Assembly (NCBI GenBank): GCA_965209155.1
Contig: OZ242383.1
Coordinates: 3,904,001 to 3,968,000 of the forward strand
Direction: 5' to 3'
Length of the DNA stretch: 64,000 bases
Origin: a bacterium
GTDB lineage: Bacteria; SAR324; NAC60-12
The notes under the pieces: model-generated
Databases searched by the model: none
The model's input: only the letters and a program-made list of their open reading frames with translations
What the model was told of the DNA's origin: nothing
Shown: positions 11,007 to 21,022 of the stretch, piece by piece
How the letters are laid out: each line of letters starts with the position of its first letter
Position numbering within the stretch: the stretch's first letter is position 1
Made by a program: the position numbers and the translations under genes

Positions 11007-11366
11007 CTATAAGGCATTAATGAAATGTTCAATTTGTGGAGATTGATGGGGAGACAATTGAATAGCAATTACGTCAAAGCGTGGTTGCAACTGGTGCAAG
11101 TGCTTTTTCTGCATATACAACAATCCGAGTTGACGCATTTTCTTGATTTTTTTTGCTGTGATAGAAGCCGTTGGATGTAAGCCCTGGTTTTCACTTCGGG
11201 TTTTCACTTCGCAAAAAATTAAATACTCTCCAGATCGAGCCACGATATCTATTTCTCCCAGTCTGGAATAAAAATTTCTCTCGATGATGACGTAATTCAG
11301 TTTCTCAAGAAAGTCGCACGCGAGATCTTCGCCTTTTTTTCCCGTCTGCCGACGTATCTGCGTCAT
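11007..11366 (-). CDS. yraN: YraN/UPF0102 family nuclease-like protein
   Basis: Motifs GKKGEDLA, GEIDIVA, FCEVKTR and RFDVIAI; usual position after rnhB. Confidence 0.93.
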   Translation of the reverse strand: MTQIRRQTGKKGEDLACDFLEKLNYVIIERNFYSRLGEIDIVARSGEYLIFCEVKTRSENQGLHPTASITAKKIKKMRQLGLLYMQKKHLHQLQPRFDVIAIQLSPHQSPQIEHFINAL

Positions 11367-12058
11367 GAAGACTTCGGTCCCAATAATTGAATTTGTTGCA
11401 AAACTTTTCGAGCGGGTGGCGGTTCACTATAGCAGCGAAAGGATCGTCGATGAATGGGACTGAGCCCATGAGTTTCCACTGCCTTTCGATGCTGAAGAGT
11501 AGCATATCCTTTGTGGTGGCTGAATCCCCATGCAGGGTAGATCCGAGCATATTCCATCATTATCCGATCTCTAGTGACTTTAGCCAGGATAGACGCCGCC
11601 GCGATGCTGAATGATATTGTATCTCCTTTAACAACCGGCCTTCCCTGGATGTCAATTGTCGGATATTTGTTTCCATCAGCCAGCACATAATCGGGACAGA
11701 CCTTTAGTTCTTTGAGAACACGTTTCATTCCGAGCAAGGTTGCTTGTAAGATATTCAACTCGTCTATTTTTTGGGGGGAAATCGATATGATGCGAAAAGC
11801 CAATGCTTCTTGACGTATGACATCAAATAAATACTCCCGAATTTCTGAAGACAGTTTTTTAGAATCATTTAAAGGATGCCTGTAGTTCCATTTTTTCCCC
11901 AAAATGACGGCGGCAACCACTACCGGTCCAGCTATCGGACCCCTCCCCGCTTCATCCACGCCAGCAACGTGTCGATGTCCTTGAGCCCAAGCCTTTTTCT
12001 CCAATTCAAGATTTGGGACGGTGTGTGATTTTTTCAGCAATTCTTGCCGCTTTTCCAC
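11363..12058 (-). CDS. rnhB: ribonuclease HII (true start probably ~40-50 nt downstream of the ORF-track start)
   Basis: Motifs [33 protein letters not shown] and HKGY. Confidence 0.96.
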   Translation of the reverse strand: MEKRQELLKKSHTVPNLELEKKAWAQGHRHVAGVDEAGRGPIAGPVVVAAVILGKKWNYRHPLNDSKKLSSEIREYLFDVIRQEALAFRIISISPQKIDELNILQATLLGMKRVLKELKVCPDYVLADGNKYPTIDIQGRPVVKGDTISFSIAAASILAKVTRDRIMMEYARIYPAWGFSHHKGYATLQHRKAVETHGLSPIHRRSFRCYSEPPPARKVLQQIQLLGPKSS

Positions 12059-12374
12059 GAAGTTTCCTCAAGTAGTACAATTTGGCACGGCGCACTTTTC
12101 CCACTTTTAAAACCTTGATACTTTCAATTCGAGGAGAATGCAACGGAAAAATGCGTTCGACACCATACCCTTGAGTCACTTTGCGAACTGTAAATGTCGC
12201 GTTATTGTTTTGATCTCCACGATGCTTGCGAATAACAACCCCTTCGAAAGCTTGTACCCGTTCTTTTTCACCTTCGATTATGCGATAATTGACACGCACA
12301 GTACACCCGGGACGAAATTCGGGAAGGTCTGTTCTTATTTGAGATCGTTCCACAATTTTTATTAATGGATTCAT
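12006..12374 (-). CDS. rplS: 50S ribosomal protein L19
   Basis: Motifs [22 protein letters not shown] and [12 protein letters not shown]; start MNPLIK. Confidence 0.98.
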   Translation of the reverse strand: MNPLIKIVERSQIRTDLPEFRPGCTVRVNYRIIEGEKERVQAFEGVVIRKHRGDQNNNATFTVRKVTQGYGVERIFPLHSPRIESIKVLKVGKVRRAKLYYLRKLRGKAARIAEKITHRPKS

Positions 12375-12397
12375 GAGTTGGAGTTCCAATAAGATGT

Positions 12398-13090
12398 TTA
12401 TAATGCTTTCAACAAATCCGGTCGTTGTTTCCTTGTACGCATCAGAGACTGCTCCTTGCGCCAATTTTCAATTTGTTGGTGATTACCGGAGAGCAAGACT
12501 TCCGGCACTCGTTCTTCGTTAAAGACTCCGGGTCTGGTGTATTGGGGATACTCCAATAATCCATGGGTAAACGATTCCTCTCGAGAAGATTCACAATTGC
12601 CTAGTACATCTGGAACCAAACGACTGATCACTTCTATCATCAACATAGCAATGACTTCACCTCCCAAACAGACAAAATCCCCTCCTGAAATTTCTTCATC
12701 TACATAACTTCGAATACGCTCATCGAATCCTTCATATCGACCACAGACCAACAATAACACCCTTCCCATTGTGCTCAATTTGCGAGCCCTTTCTTGGTCG
12801 AAAGGCAGACCTTGAGGAGAAAGAAGAATTTTATATGTCTGAAGTTGTTGCTTTTTATAATACGAGTCGAGAGCCACCAGTGCATGATAAATCGGCTCCA
12901 CTCGAAGCAACATACCAGCCCCCCCCCCAAAGGGGGTATCGTCCACTTTACGATGTTTGCCTAAGCCATGTTGGCGATAATTGTATAAGTTTACTTGTAT
13001 GCGCTCTGCTTGAATCGCGCGATGGATCAGGCTTTCACTCAGAAAAGAAGAAAATATTTCTGGAAATAGCGTCAACACTTCAAACCGCAT
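12398..13090 (-). CDS. trmD: tRNA (guanine-N1)-methyltransferase
   Basis: Motifs [31 protein letters not shown] and LLSGNH. Confidence 0.98.
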   Translation of the reverse strand: MRFEVLTLFPEIFSSFLSESLIHRAIQAERIQVNLYNYRQHGLGKHRKVDDTPFGGGAGMLLRVEPIYHALVALDSYYKKQQLQTYKILLSPQGLPFDQERARKLSTMGRVLLLVCGRYEGFDERIRSYVDEEISGGDFVCLGGEVIAMLMIEVISRLVPDVLGNCESSREESFTHGLLEYPQYTRPGVFNEERVPEVLLSGNHQQIENWRKEQSLMRTRKQRPDLLKAL

Positions 13091-13102
13091 GACTATTTCC
13101 TC

Positions 13103-13657
13103 TCAATCCATCAAACCCGGGATTGGATCAATCAGGATGATTTTGTCAACTAAATCCACTTTTTTAACAATATGGGGAACTGCAGGCACCAAAAATTCGT
13201 GAGTTCCCCTGGCAACAGAATAAACATCATTAGCCGCTGTTTGCATCACTCGGGAGACTTCCCCTAAAAAAATACCTGCTGAATCGACTACCCGGCATCC
13301 AACCAAATCATGAATAAAAAATTCACCTGTATCTAAAGGACGCAATTGAGAATCTTCCAGAAAAACCCGATTTTTAGAAAACAATTCCGCCTGTTCTCGA
13401 TGTTTTATTTGGGTGAATTTAGTAAGCCAGTGATTTTTATGGAAGCGGATTTGCTCCACTTCATAAGCTCTCAGCTTCTCCGCTTCTTCCATGAAGAAAC
13501 GTTCAACATCTAAATAAAATTGTGGAGTGTCAGTGTGTGGTTGAATTTTTAGTTCTCCTCGGATTCCGTGTACTTTGACAATCGTACCAATCCATGTAAA
13601 GTCCTCAAAGTCCGAAGTATTCAGCGTCTCATGTTTCTGATATTTCGCTTTGCGCAC
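13103..13657 (-). CDS. rimM: ribosome maturation factor RimM
   Basis: Motifs IVKVHGIRGELKI, EFFIHDLVG and ANDVY; lies between rpsP and trmD. Confidence 0.95.
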   Translation of the reverse strand: MRKAKYQKHETLNTSDFEDFTWIGTIVKVHGIRGELKIQPHTDTPQFYLDVERFFMEEAEKLRAYEVEQIRFHKNHWLTKFTQIKHREQAELFSKNRVFLEDSQLRPLDTGEFFIHDLVGCRVVDSAGIFLGEVSRVMQTAANDVYSVARGTHEFLVPAVPHIVKKVDLVDKIILIDPIPGLMD

Positions 13658-13889
13658 CTTCTACTTCTTTCATAAGCTTTTGAACACGCTCGGTCGGCTG
13701 CGCCCCGGTGGAGATCCAGTATCTTGCCCGCTCCAGATCTATTGTCACCTTATTTTCCTGAACCAAGGGTGCATATGACCCGATTCTCTCAATACAACGC
13801 CCGTCCCGTTTAGCACGAGCGTCTGCTATAACAATATGATAAAATGGTTTTTTTTTCGCTCCCCTGCGAGCCAAACGGATTTTTACCAA
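13629..13889 (-). CDS. rpsP: 30S ribosomal protein S16
   Basis: VKIRLARRGAKKKPFYHIV...GAQPTERV; TTG start. Confidence 0.97.
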   Translation of the reverse strand: MVKIRLARRGAKKKPFYHIVIADARAKRDGRCIERIGSYAPLVQENKVTIDLERARYWISTGAQPTERVQKLMKEVEGAQSEISET

Positions 13890-13917
13890 AACATTCTCTT
13901 AATTTTAGGGTTCAAAG

Positions 13918-15258
13918 TTAATGAGGCATCAAATTCTGCATCATTTGCATTGCTTTACGCGGATTGGTAGTTTTAGATAATTTGTTCATCATTTTTCGCA
14001 TTTGAGCAAATTGTTTAAGCAACCGGTTCACATCTCGTACATGGGTTCCACTCCCTTTTGCAATTCTTGAACGACGAGATCCATTGATGATGTTGTGATT
14101 TTCACGCTCTTCTCTCGTCATGGAAGAAATGATCGCCTCAGTATATTCCAACTGTTTTTCATCCAGGTCAGCATTTTTCATCATCGAGCTATTTATTCCT
14201 GGAAGCATTCCCATTAAATCTTTGAGCGACCCCATTTGTCGCATGGAACGTAATTGAGCCCGAAAATCTTCCAATGTGAATTCATTTTTCCTGATTTTTT
14301 TTTGAAGTGTCAATGCCTCATGTTCACTATATGTCGATTGGGCTTTTTCAATGAGAGAAACAACATCTCCCATTCCCAGGATCCTGGAGGCCATTCGATC
14401 GGGGTAAAAAGCTTCTAATTTGTCCAAAGTCTCACCGGTGGTGATGAATTTGATCGGTTTTTTTGTGATCGCCCGAATCGAAAGAGCAGCACCCCCTCGG
14501 GCATCGCCATCCATTTTAGTTAAAATTATACCACTCACCGAAAGTCGGTCGTTGAATGCTTTGGCCATGTTCACTGCGTCTTGTCCTGTCATGGCATCTG
14601 CAACAAAAAAAATTTCATGAGGATCAATCTTCGCTTTCAGTCGATCGAGTTCTTCCATCAGTGTTTCATCGATATGTAACCTTCCTGCCGTATCAATCAA
14701 AACAATATCAGAATCGCGATTTTTTGCATCCGCAATGCCAGCCTGGACAATCTCTGACGGATCTTGCAGGGTAACGGCAGGGTAGTATGGAAGTTCAAGT
14801 CTGTTTGCTAAAACAATCAATTGGTCAATAGCAGCGGGTCGGTAAACGTCTGCTGGAATCAGATAGGGATGGTGTCCGTTGCTATGACAAAATTTTGCAA
14901 GTTTTCCAATCGTAGACGTTTTCCCGGATCCCTGAAGTCCTACCAGCATAATGATTGTAGGAGCTTGCTCAGCGCTCGCCAACGATACATTCCGCTCTCC
15001 CATCAATTTCGCCAACTCATCATTTACGATCTTGATTAGTTGCTGTCCTGGTGTCAAACTAGCTTGGAGTTCTTCTCCAATGGCACGGACTTGGACTGAT
15101 TTTAAAAAAGCTTTCACCACTCGGAAATTGACGTCCGCTTCCAAAAGCGCCATTTTCACTTCATTCAACGCTACTCGGATGTTGTCTTCATTCAACCGAC
15201 CGCGGCCTTGAAATTTCCGGAATGTTCCAGCTAATTTTTGTGACAGGTTTTCAAACAT
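13918..15258 (-). CDS. ffh: signal recognition particle protein Ffh
   Basis: Motifs GLQGSGKT, DVYRPAA, DTAGRLH and TKMDGDARGGAAL, plus Met-rich M domain; start MFENL. Confidence 0.98.
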   Translation of the reverse strand: MFENLSQKLAGTFRKFQGRGRLNEDNIRVALNEVKMALLEADVNFRVVKAFLKSVQVRAIGEELQASLTPGQQLIKIVNDELAKLMGERNVSLASAEQAPTIIMLVGLQGSGKTSTIGKLAKFCHSNGHHPYLIPADVYRPAAIDQLIVLANRLELPYYPAVTLQDPSEIVQAGIADAKNRDSDIVLIDTAGRLHIDETLMEELDRLKAKIDPHEIFFVADAMTGQDAVNMAKAFNDRLSVSGIILTKMDGDARGGAALSIRAITKKPIKFITTGETLDKLEAFYPDRMASRILGMGDVVSLIEKAQSTYSEHEALTLQKKIRKNEFTLEDFRAQLRSMRQMGSLKDLMGMLPGINSSMMKNADLDEKQLEYTEAIISSMTREERENHNIINGSRRSRIAKGSGTHVRDVNRLLKQFAQMRKMMNKLSKTTNPRKAMQMMQNLMPH

Positions 15259-15377
15259 GATTTGACAGAAATTAAGTAACAAAATTCATTTTGAGGAATT
15301 TTGCGGAAACTGTCAAGAATTTTTGGGGATTTAATCAGGTGAGTATGTTGCCCGTGCATTCGGAAGGAAAAAGCAGT

Positions 15378-15827
15378 TCAGCTTTCCGTATCGGGCGCAA
15401 TGACCAGGTTCAACCCTACATTCATTTCCTTCAGTCTGGCAATGACGGGAATGAGCGCGCTATACCTGGCATTTTCGTCTGCTTCCACGTCGACAAAGAC
15501 TGGACCATTTTTAGTAGTAGTCCATTCCCGGATTATTTTTTGAAATTTATCCCAATTCGATCCGGAAAGCCCTTCGCCAATCTTTTCATCATTTACGTAA
15601 ATCACTCCTTTGCGATCGATTAAGACCCTCATGGTCTTCTCCAATGGAGCCCCGTCTTGCTGATAAGAATCTTGGGGCAAATCGATCTGTATCATTTGAT
15701 TGATGATCGGAGCTGTAATCATAAAAATGACCAATAATACAAGAAGCACATCGACAAAAGGAGTGACATTGATATCACACATTGCTTCATCTTCACCACG
15801 ATTTCCAGTCATCATGATACTACCCAT
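15378..15827 (-). CDS. tolR: TolR/ExbD family protein
   Basis: INVTPFVDVLLVLLVIFMITAP TM motif; follows tolQ. Confidence 0.85.
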   Translation of the reverse strand: MGSIMMTGNRGEDEAMCDINVTPFVDVLLVLLVIFMITAPIINQMIQIDLPQDSYQQDGAPLEKTMRVLIDRKGVIYVNDEKIGEGLSGSNWDKFQKIIREWTTTKNGPVFVDVEADENARYSALIPVIARLKEMNVGLNLVIAPDTES

Positions 15828-16525
15828 TCCATACGATTACTCAGTTCTAAAGAAAAGTTCTGCATTACATCACTGGCCTGACGCGCTGAATTCCTGTAAT
15901 AGTTATATCCCATGAGTGCGGGAATGGCTGCCAACAGGCCGGCAGCGGTCGCCACCAAGGCTTCTGAAATTCCGGGAGCCACAACGGCAAGGCTGGTGAC
16001 CCCGGTAACTCCGATGCCCTGAAAAGCGTCGATAATTCCTAATACTGTCCCAAACAAACCAATAAAGGGTGCTGCGCTAGAGATGCTTGCCAAAGGAGAA
16101 AGCCTGTGGTTGAGCAGGGAATACTGCTGATTGATATTTCGGTCGGAAATGCGAGTCAGTCGTTGGTTCAAACGGTCCAAAATCTCCTTGGAAGAGCGGT
16201 ACTTCGTCCTTTGATTCCTTACTTTTTCCCGAAAATTTGCAATTTCCTGATACGAAGATTCAAAAATACGAGCCAATGGAGAAAACTGAAATTGATGCGC
16301 AAAATTATTAATTTGTTCCAATTTGGCTTCTTTATAGAAAATCTCTAAAAATTCTTCATTTTCACTAGCAATTCGACGAAACTGGACCCATTTGAGGAAA
16401 ATGATGGCCCATGAAATCGAAGACATGAGCAGTAGAATGATCAGCACCAAATGCGTGATCCAACTTCCCTCGAGGATCAGACCAAATATTCCTTTTTCAT
16501 CAAATAAACTGACAATCGATTGCAT
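15812..16525 (-). CDS. tolQ: TolQ/ExbB (MotA family) proton channel
   Basis: Motifs APFIGLFGTVLGI and VAPGISEALVATAAGL.AAIPA. Confidence 0.88.
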   Translation of the reverse strand: MQSIVSLFDEKGIFGLILEGSWITHLVLIILLLMSSISWAIIFLKWVQFRRIASENEEFLEIFYKEAKLEQINNFAHQFQFSPLARIFESSYQEIANFREKVRNQRTKYRSSKEILDRLNQRLTRISDRNINQQYSLLNHRLSPLASISSAAPFIGLFGTVLGIIDAFQGIGVTGVTSLAVVAPGISEALVATAAGLLAAIPALMGYNYYRNSARQASDVMQNFSLELSNRMEWVVS

Positions 16526-16556
16526 GCTGGTTTACAGATGATCTTCATTAGTGGAA

Positions 16557-16592
16557 AGACTTCGCCTAAGGTGTAAACGCATCGGCGAAGTC
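16557..16592 (-). terminator. stem-loop between the pal-like gene and tolQ
   Basis: Perfect 10-bp inverted repeat AGACTTCGCC...GGCGAAGTCT just downstream of the pal-like stop. Confidence 0.4.
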
Positions 16593-16611
16593 TCCTCAGT
16601 TCCATACAGGA

Positions 16612-19269
16612 TCAGAAGCGCGTAAAGACGACTCGTCTATTTTTTCCGTGACAATTTTCCTGGACGCAGTCAGACAACGTCGGACGCTCCTCGCCGAAAC
16701 TGACGACTGATAATTGCTCGGAATTGGCGCCTAAGGCAATTAAATAGTCCAACACCGAGTGGCTGCGTCGTTCTCCTAATGCCAGATTGTATTCATTGGT
16801 ACCCCGATTGTCTGCGTGACCTTCCAGTTGAATTTTGATATGCGGATTTTCTTGGATCCATTCGAAATTCGCTTTAATATCTTCTATAAATTGTCTTTGA
16901 ATTCTACTTTTATCGAATTCGAAATAAATGATCCGCAATTCAGGAATAGCTTCTGAGTAGGATTCCGGGTGTGCCTCCACCAATGGTTCTGCCAGTCCTC
17001 CTGGTTGTCGCGTTTCAACCATGGCAACTGCTTCATCTGTTACTTGCGCAGCCTCTTCTACATCACTTTCCAGAATCGAACTTGCAGCAATAGTTTCATC
17101 AACCCCTTTTTCCACTGCTTCGTCAGGTACTAACTCATTAGAAACCATAGCGTCTTTTTCAACAACTCCTTCTTCCATTTCGACTGCTCTCTTTTCTGTG
17201 GAAGCTATGGCTTCTTCATCAGCAATTCCTGCTTCTGACTCGCTTAGACCGGCCTTTTTGGAAGCCAGCATCTCGTCACCTGCTATATCTGATACCTCTG
17301 ATTCGACTTCACCCACTTCCGTCGATGCCAGCATCTCGTCACTAGATACATCTGATACCTCTGATTCGACTTCACCCACTTCCGTCGATGCCAGCATCTC
17401 GTCGCCGGATATATCTGATACCTCTGATTCGACTTCCGTCGATGCCAGCATCTCGTCACCGGATACATCTGATACTTCTGATTCGACTTCCGTCGATGCC
17501 AGCATCTCGTCACCGGATACATCTGATACTTCTGATTCGACTTCACCCACTTCCGTCGATGCCAGCATCTCGTCACCGGATACATCTGATACCTCAGATT
17601 CGACTTCCCCGACTTCCATCGATGTCAGCATCTCGTCACCTGCTATATCTTGTTCTGCCTGCTGCTGATCGACCACGGAAACCGCTTCATCTGTTACTTG
17701 CGCAGCCTCTTCCAGGCCATCTTCAAGCGCTGAACCGGAAGCGAGTGCTTCATCACCAGCCATTCCTTCTTTCGAGTCTGGTGTCTTCCCCTCCATGGCA
17801 ACTAGGGTATCTTTATCAGAGGGGCTACCCAATGCTGCCTCATTTAGACTTTCTGCAATCGATGTCAGTTCTTCTTCGCTAATGGGGATAGCTGGTTTGG
17901 TGCTCTCAGCTCCGATTTCAGTCGAAGCCAACCCACCCTCACTGACGGCAACATCCGTCGTGGATTTCGTCGGACCTTTTTCAGTTGAAGCGAGGGTATC
18001 CTCACTGATGGCAACATCTGGTTTAGAGTCGGCTGCACTAATCTCAGTGGAGGCTAATTCGTCTTTTCCAACCGAAGCATCAAATATGGATTCCTTTGGT
18101 TCCTTTTCAGTGCTCACCAAAGCCTCCTCGCTAGCAGTAATACCCGGCTTGGGAGTCGTTGACTCCATCTCCGTGGAAGCCAGACTATCCTTGCCTGTGA
18201 TTGCCGGAGCAAGTTTTGTTGATTCCTTATCAGTATCTGCACTCGATATGGAAGTCGTCGACTCCATCTCCGTGGAAGCCAATGCTTCTTCACCAACGTC
18301 CACACCCGTCGCGGATTCCGCAGGTCCCACTGCAGTTGAAACCAAAGCATCCTTATCGACCGAAACTCCCACTTCGGACTCGGTTGAATCCATCTCCGTG
18401 GCATCCGGGATATCCTTACCAACCGTTGCGATGGTATCAGAAGACGTTGTCTCCATTGATTCCAACTCAGAGGAAGCTATATCTCCTTCTTCAGTAGCAT
18501 CCGGTATGGTTTTTTTCAATCCCCCTTCCTTGGATGCCAGTGCATCTTCATCTGCGCTAACACCTGGTGTGGAGCCTGTCGACGCACTCTCAACTACAGG
18601 CAAAGAATCCTTATCAGCGACATCCATTGTGGGGACTGCGGGCGTCATGTCCGTAGATGCCAAAGTGTCCACTTCAGCGGCGCCTGGCGCTGAATCTTTT
18701 AACCCGCTTTCCCGGGACGTCAGAGCATCTTCATCTGCAGTAACACTATCTGTAGATTCCATTGCGCCTACGTCAGTGGAAGCCAAAACATCCTCTTCAC
18801 CAGCACCCGTGGTAGTGTCCATCGTCTCTACGTCCTCAGAAACCAAAGAATCCTCATCCGGGGCAACCCCTGAGGCGGAATCCATGGCTTCCCCATCAGT
18901 TGAAGCTATAACATCCTCGTCTGCAGGATCTTTCGAGCTGTCTGCCCTTATCATCTGAGTGGCCGCCAGTGCGTCTTTCGGGGTAGCAGTGGATGCTTGC
19001 GTACCGTCGGTTACCGACGGTTCCTTGGTCGCCAGGTCGACTTCACTCGAATCCATTGCTTCAGCGGACACACTCTCTTCTGTTTCTGCTAACGCGGGAT
19101 CTTCTGTAACTTCTACTTCCATGCCGGTCAGTTCGGTAGACTCGGTCTGGGTTTGATCTACAATTACAGTTTCTTGTTCTTTTTTTGGAGAATTTACATC
19201 CGTCATTGTGTCACACCCCATCATTGATAATGAGAGTGCCAACATCCAAAATGATAGCTTAATTTTCAT
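16612..19269 (-). CDS. pal: very long Pal/OmpA-family lipoprotein: lipobox, ~750-aa acidic repetitive linker, C-terminal peptidoglycan-binding domain
   Basis: Signal peptide ending SMMG-C19; C-terminal IYFEFDKS...LEGHADNRGTNEYNLALGERRS...VSFGEERP...NRRV; directly upstream of tolQR. Confidence 0.8.
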   Translation of the reverse strand: MKIKLSFWMLALSLSMMGCDTMTDVNSPKKEQETVIVDQTQTESTELTGMEVEVTEDPALAETEESVSAEAMDSSEVDLATKEPSVTDGTQASTATPKDALAATQMIRADSSKDPADEDVIASTDGEAMDSASGVAPDEDSLVSEDVETMDTTTGAGEEDVLASTDVGAMESTDSVTADEDALTSRESGLKDSAPGAAEVDTLASTDMTPAVPTMDVADKDSLPVVESASTGSTPGVSADEDALASKEGGLKKTIPDATEEGDIASSELESMETTSSDTIATVGKDIPDATEMDSTESEVGVSVDKDALVSTAVGPAESATGVDVGEEALASTEMESTTSISSADTDKESTKLAPAITGKDSLASTEMESTTPKPGITASEEALVSTEKEPKESIFDASVGKDELASTEISAADSKPDVAISEDTLASTEKGPTKSTTDVAVSEGGLASTEIGAESTKPAIPISEEELTSIAESLNEAALGSPSDKDTLVAMEGKTPDSKEGMAGDEALASGSALEDGLEEAAQVTDEAVSVVDQQQAEQDIAGDEMLTSMEVGEVESEVSDVSGDEMLASTEVGEVESEVSDVSGDEMLASTEVESEVSDVSGDEMLASTEVESEVSDISGDEMLASTEVGEVESEVSDVSSDEMLASTEVGEVESEVSDIAGDEMLASKKAGLSESEAGIADEEAIASTEKRAVEMEEGVVEKDAMVSNELVPDEAVEKGVDETIAASSILESDVEEAAQVTDEAVAMVETRQPGGLAEPLVEAHPESYSEAIPELRIIYFEFDKSRIQRQFIEDIKANFEWIQENPHIKIQLEGHADNRGTNEYNLALGERRSHSVLDYLIALGANSEQLSVVSFGEERPTLSDCVQENCHGKNRRVVFTRF
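17264..17650 (-). repeat. in-frame tandem repeat inside the Pal-like gene (units of 63,63,54,54,63,63 bp)
   Basis: G(C/T)CAGCATCTCGTC recurs at 17264, 17327, 17390, 17444, 17498, 17561 and 17624; encodes DEMLASTEV(GEV)ESEVSDVSG. Confidence 0.95.
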
Positions 19270-19393
19270 ATCGCACCCTATGTTGATAATTTATAATTCC
19301 CATCTTTATACCCCCTTTAATTTCTTAAGAGGGGTCATAATAGAACCATTAGACTTTTTTCTAGTATGACTCAAATTTGTCTCTGCAATTTTC

Positions 19394-21022
19394 GTGCATA
19401 TCTACTATGTTTATCGCATGTCGATAAAAAAAACTAAAGAAAATATTTCTAAAATATTCAAATTCAAAAATAAGAAGCGTTGGTTACCTCTAAGCATAGT
19501 GGTTGTATCCATCATTTTGTGGATTGGATTACGCTATACGGTTTCTCTCTCCATACTCAATTTGGAATGGCTGGTAGTTGCTTCTGTTGGGATGGCTTCC
19601 TGGTGTTGGTACTGCCGTTTGAGAATTATTGCCTGTATAATTCTCGCCGGGGGTATTATTTTGGCTTATCAACTGTTCATTTCTCTCCCATTCTTGCAGC
19701 AAAGCCTGGAAAAAGCCAAGTCTGAATCTCCTTCCGTATGGGTCCGTGGTCCAATAATCAAAGCCATTCTTCAAGGAAAGGATGTCCATCTCCATTTGGC
19801 TCCTGCAGAATTATTCTTTAAAGGAGAACGCCAACAATTTTTTGAGATCAAAGTGCAGTTATTGTCCAAGAGCCACTCCTTCAATTCCTTTTACTATCGT
19901 CGTCCCATACAACTCAGCGGTTTTTTGACGGGAGCCGACTTAGAAAACCAACGACTTGCTATATCGCTTAAGCAAGTTCTTTACCATACCAGCTATTCTC
20001 CACTAAATTCGTGGTATTATTTTGGAAAAATCGTACATCAGCACCTGAGAAACCGAGCAGCTTATTATCTACCAGCAGAAATTTTTTCCCTTTATTCCCG
20101 CTTGATGTTGGCACGAACGGTCTCACGCTCTGAGTCCTTGCAATTATTCAGGGCCACAGGTTTGGCACATCTCCTTGCGATCAGTGGACTTCATATTGGT
20201 TTACTATATTGGTTGGGATTGGCGTTTTTCAGACTGGTCGGACGATGTTCACAGCATATACTGCTATGGATTCATTTCTCCAATTTTTGTCAATTACTGA
20301 CCTTGACAGGGTTATGGTTATATGTGGCTTTGATAGCCCTTCATGTCCCCGCCCTGCGGGCAGTGGTCATGCTCACCATACTGGTCGTGATTCGCTGGCT
20401 GGGTCAATCGCAGGCTCCTTTGTATGCTCTTTTGAGCACTGCTTTTTTGTTCTTATGTTTTCGATCCGCGGTCATATATGACCTTTCTTTTCAGCTTTCA
20501 TTTGTCGCGGTTCTCTATATAATTCTAATATTACCTATTTTGAAGAACATTTCAAGAGATGTCTCCTACTGGCAATTTGTGATCATTTACATAAGGAATA
20601 GCATTTGGAATAGCATTTGGGTCACTGGATCAGTTCTTGTTGGCATCTGGCCGATTCTTCTCACTCATTTCCATCAGCTCTCTCTGGAAGTGTTTTGGTT
20701 GAATATCATCATGCTACCTATGTTGGCATTTCTGATATTGCCGGTTTGTTTTACCGCTTTATTCATCAGTCTTTTCAATTGGCAGGCATTGCCGTTCGGT
20801 ATTTGGGAAAAAACTGCCTTTCAGGGAGTCGAATGGGTTTTAAGAATATGGCTGGAAACTTTACGCGAGGTTCATAGTTGGGGAGGATGGGCAACAATTC
20901 AAATGGAATTGCATTGGAGTGGCTGGCAATACGGATTGTATTATCTCTCCACGATTCTTTTATTACGCATTCTTGCTCAGAAAAAAGAAGAGATTCTCGG
21001 GAATTTGAAAAAGCTTCAATGA
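19394..21022 (+). CDS. comEC: ComEC/Rec2 competence membrane protein (no C-terminal MBL domain visible)
   Basis: Motifs TGLAHLLAISGLHIG, PALRAVVM and DLSFQLSFVAV; start uncertain (19394 or 19418). Confidence 0.88.
   Translation: MHIYYVYRMSIKKTKENISKIFKFKNKKRWLPLSIVVVSIILWIGLRYTVSLSILNLEWLVVASVGMASWCWYCRLRIIACIILAGGIILAYQLFISLPFLQQSLEKAKSESPSVWVRGPIIKAILQGKDVHLHLAPAELFFKGERQQFFEIKVQLLSKSHSFNSFYYRRPIQLSGFLTGADLENQRLAISLKQVLYHTSYSPLNSWYYFGKIVHQHLRNRAAYYLPAEIFSLYSRLMLARTVSRSESLQLFRATGLAHLLAISGLHIGLLYWLGLAFFRLVGRCSQHILLWIHFSNFCQLLTLTGLWLYVALIALHVPALRAVVMLTILVVIRWLGQSQAPLYALLSTAFLFLCFRSAVIYDLSFQLSFVAVLYIILILPILKNISRDVSYWQFVIIYIRNSIWNSIWVTGSVLVGIWPILLTHFHQLSLEVFWLNIIMLPMLAFLILPVCFTALFISLFNWQALPFGIWEKTAFQGVEWVLRIWLETLREVHSWGGWATIQMELHWSGWQYGLYYLSTILLLRILAQKKEEILGNLKKLQ

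Noticed and set aside
17021..18958. Long + strand ORFs (215, 164 and 387 aa)
   Set aside because: Antisense shadows of the low-complexity Pal linker
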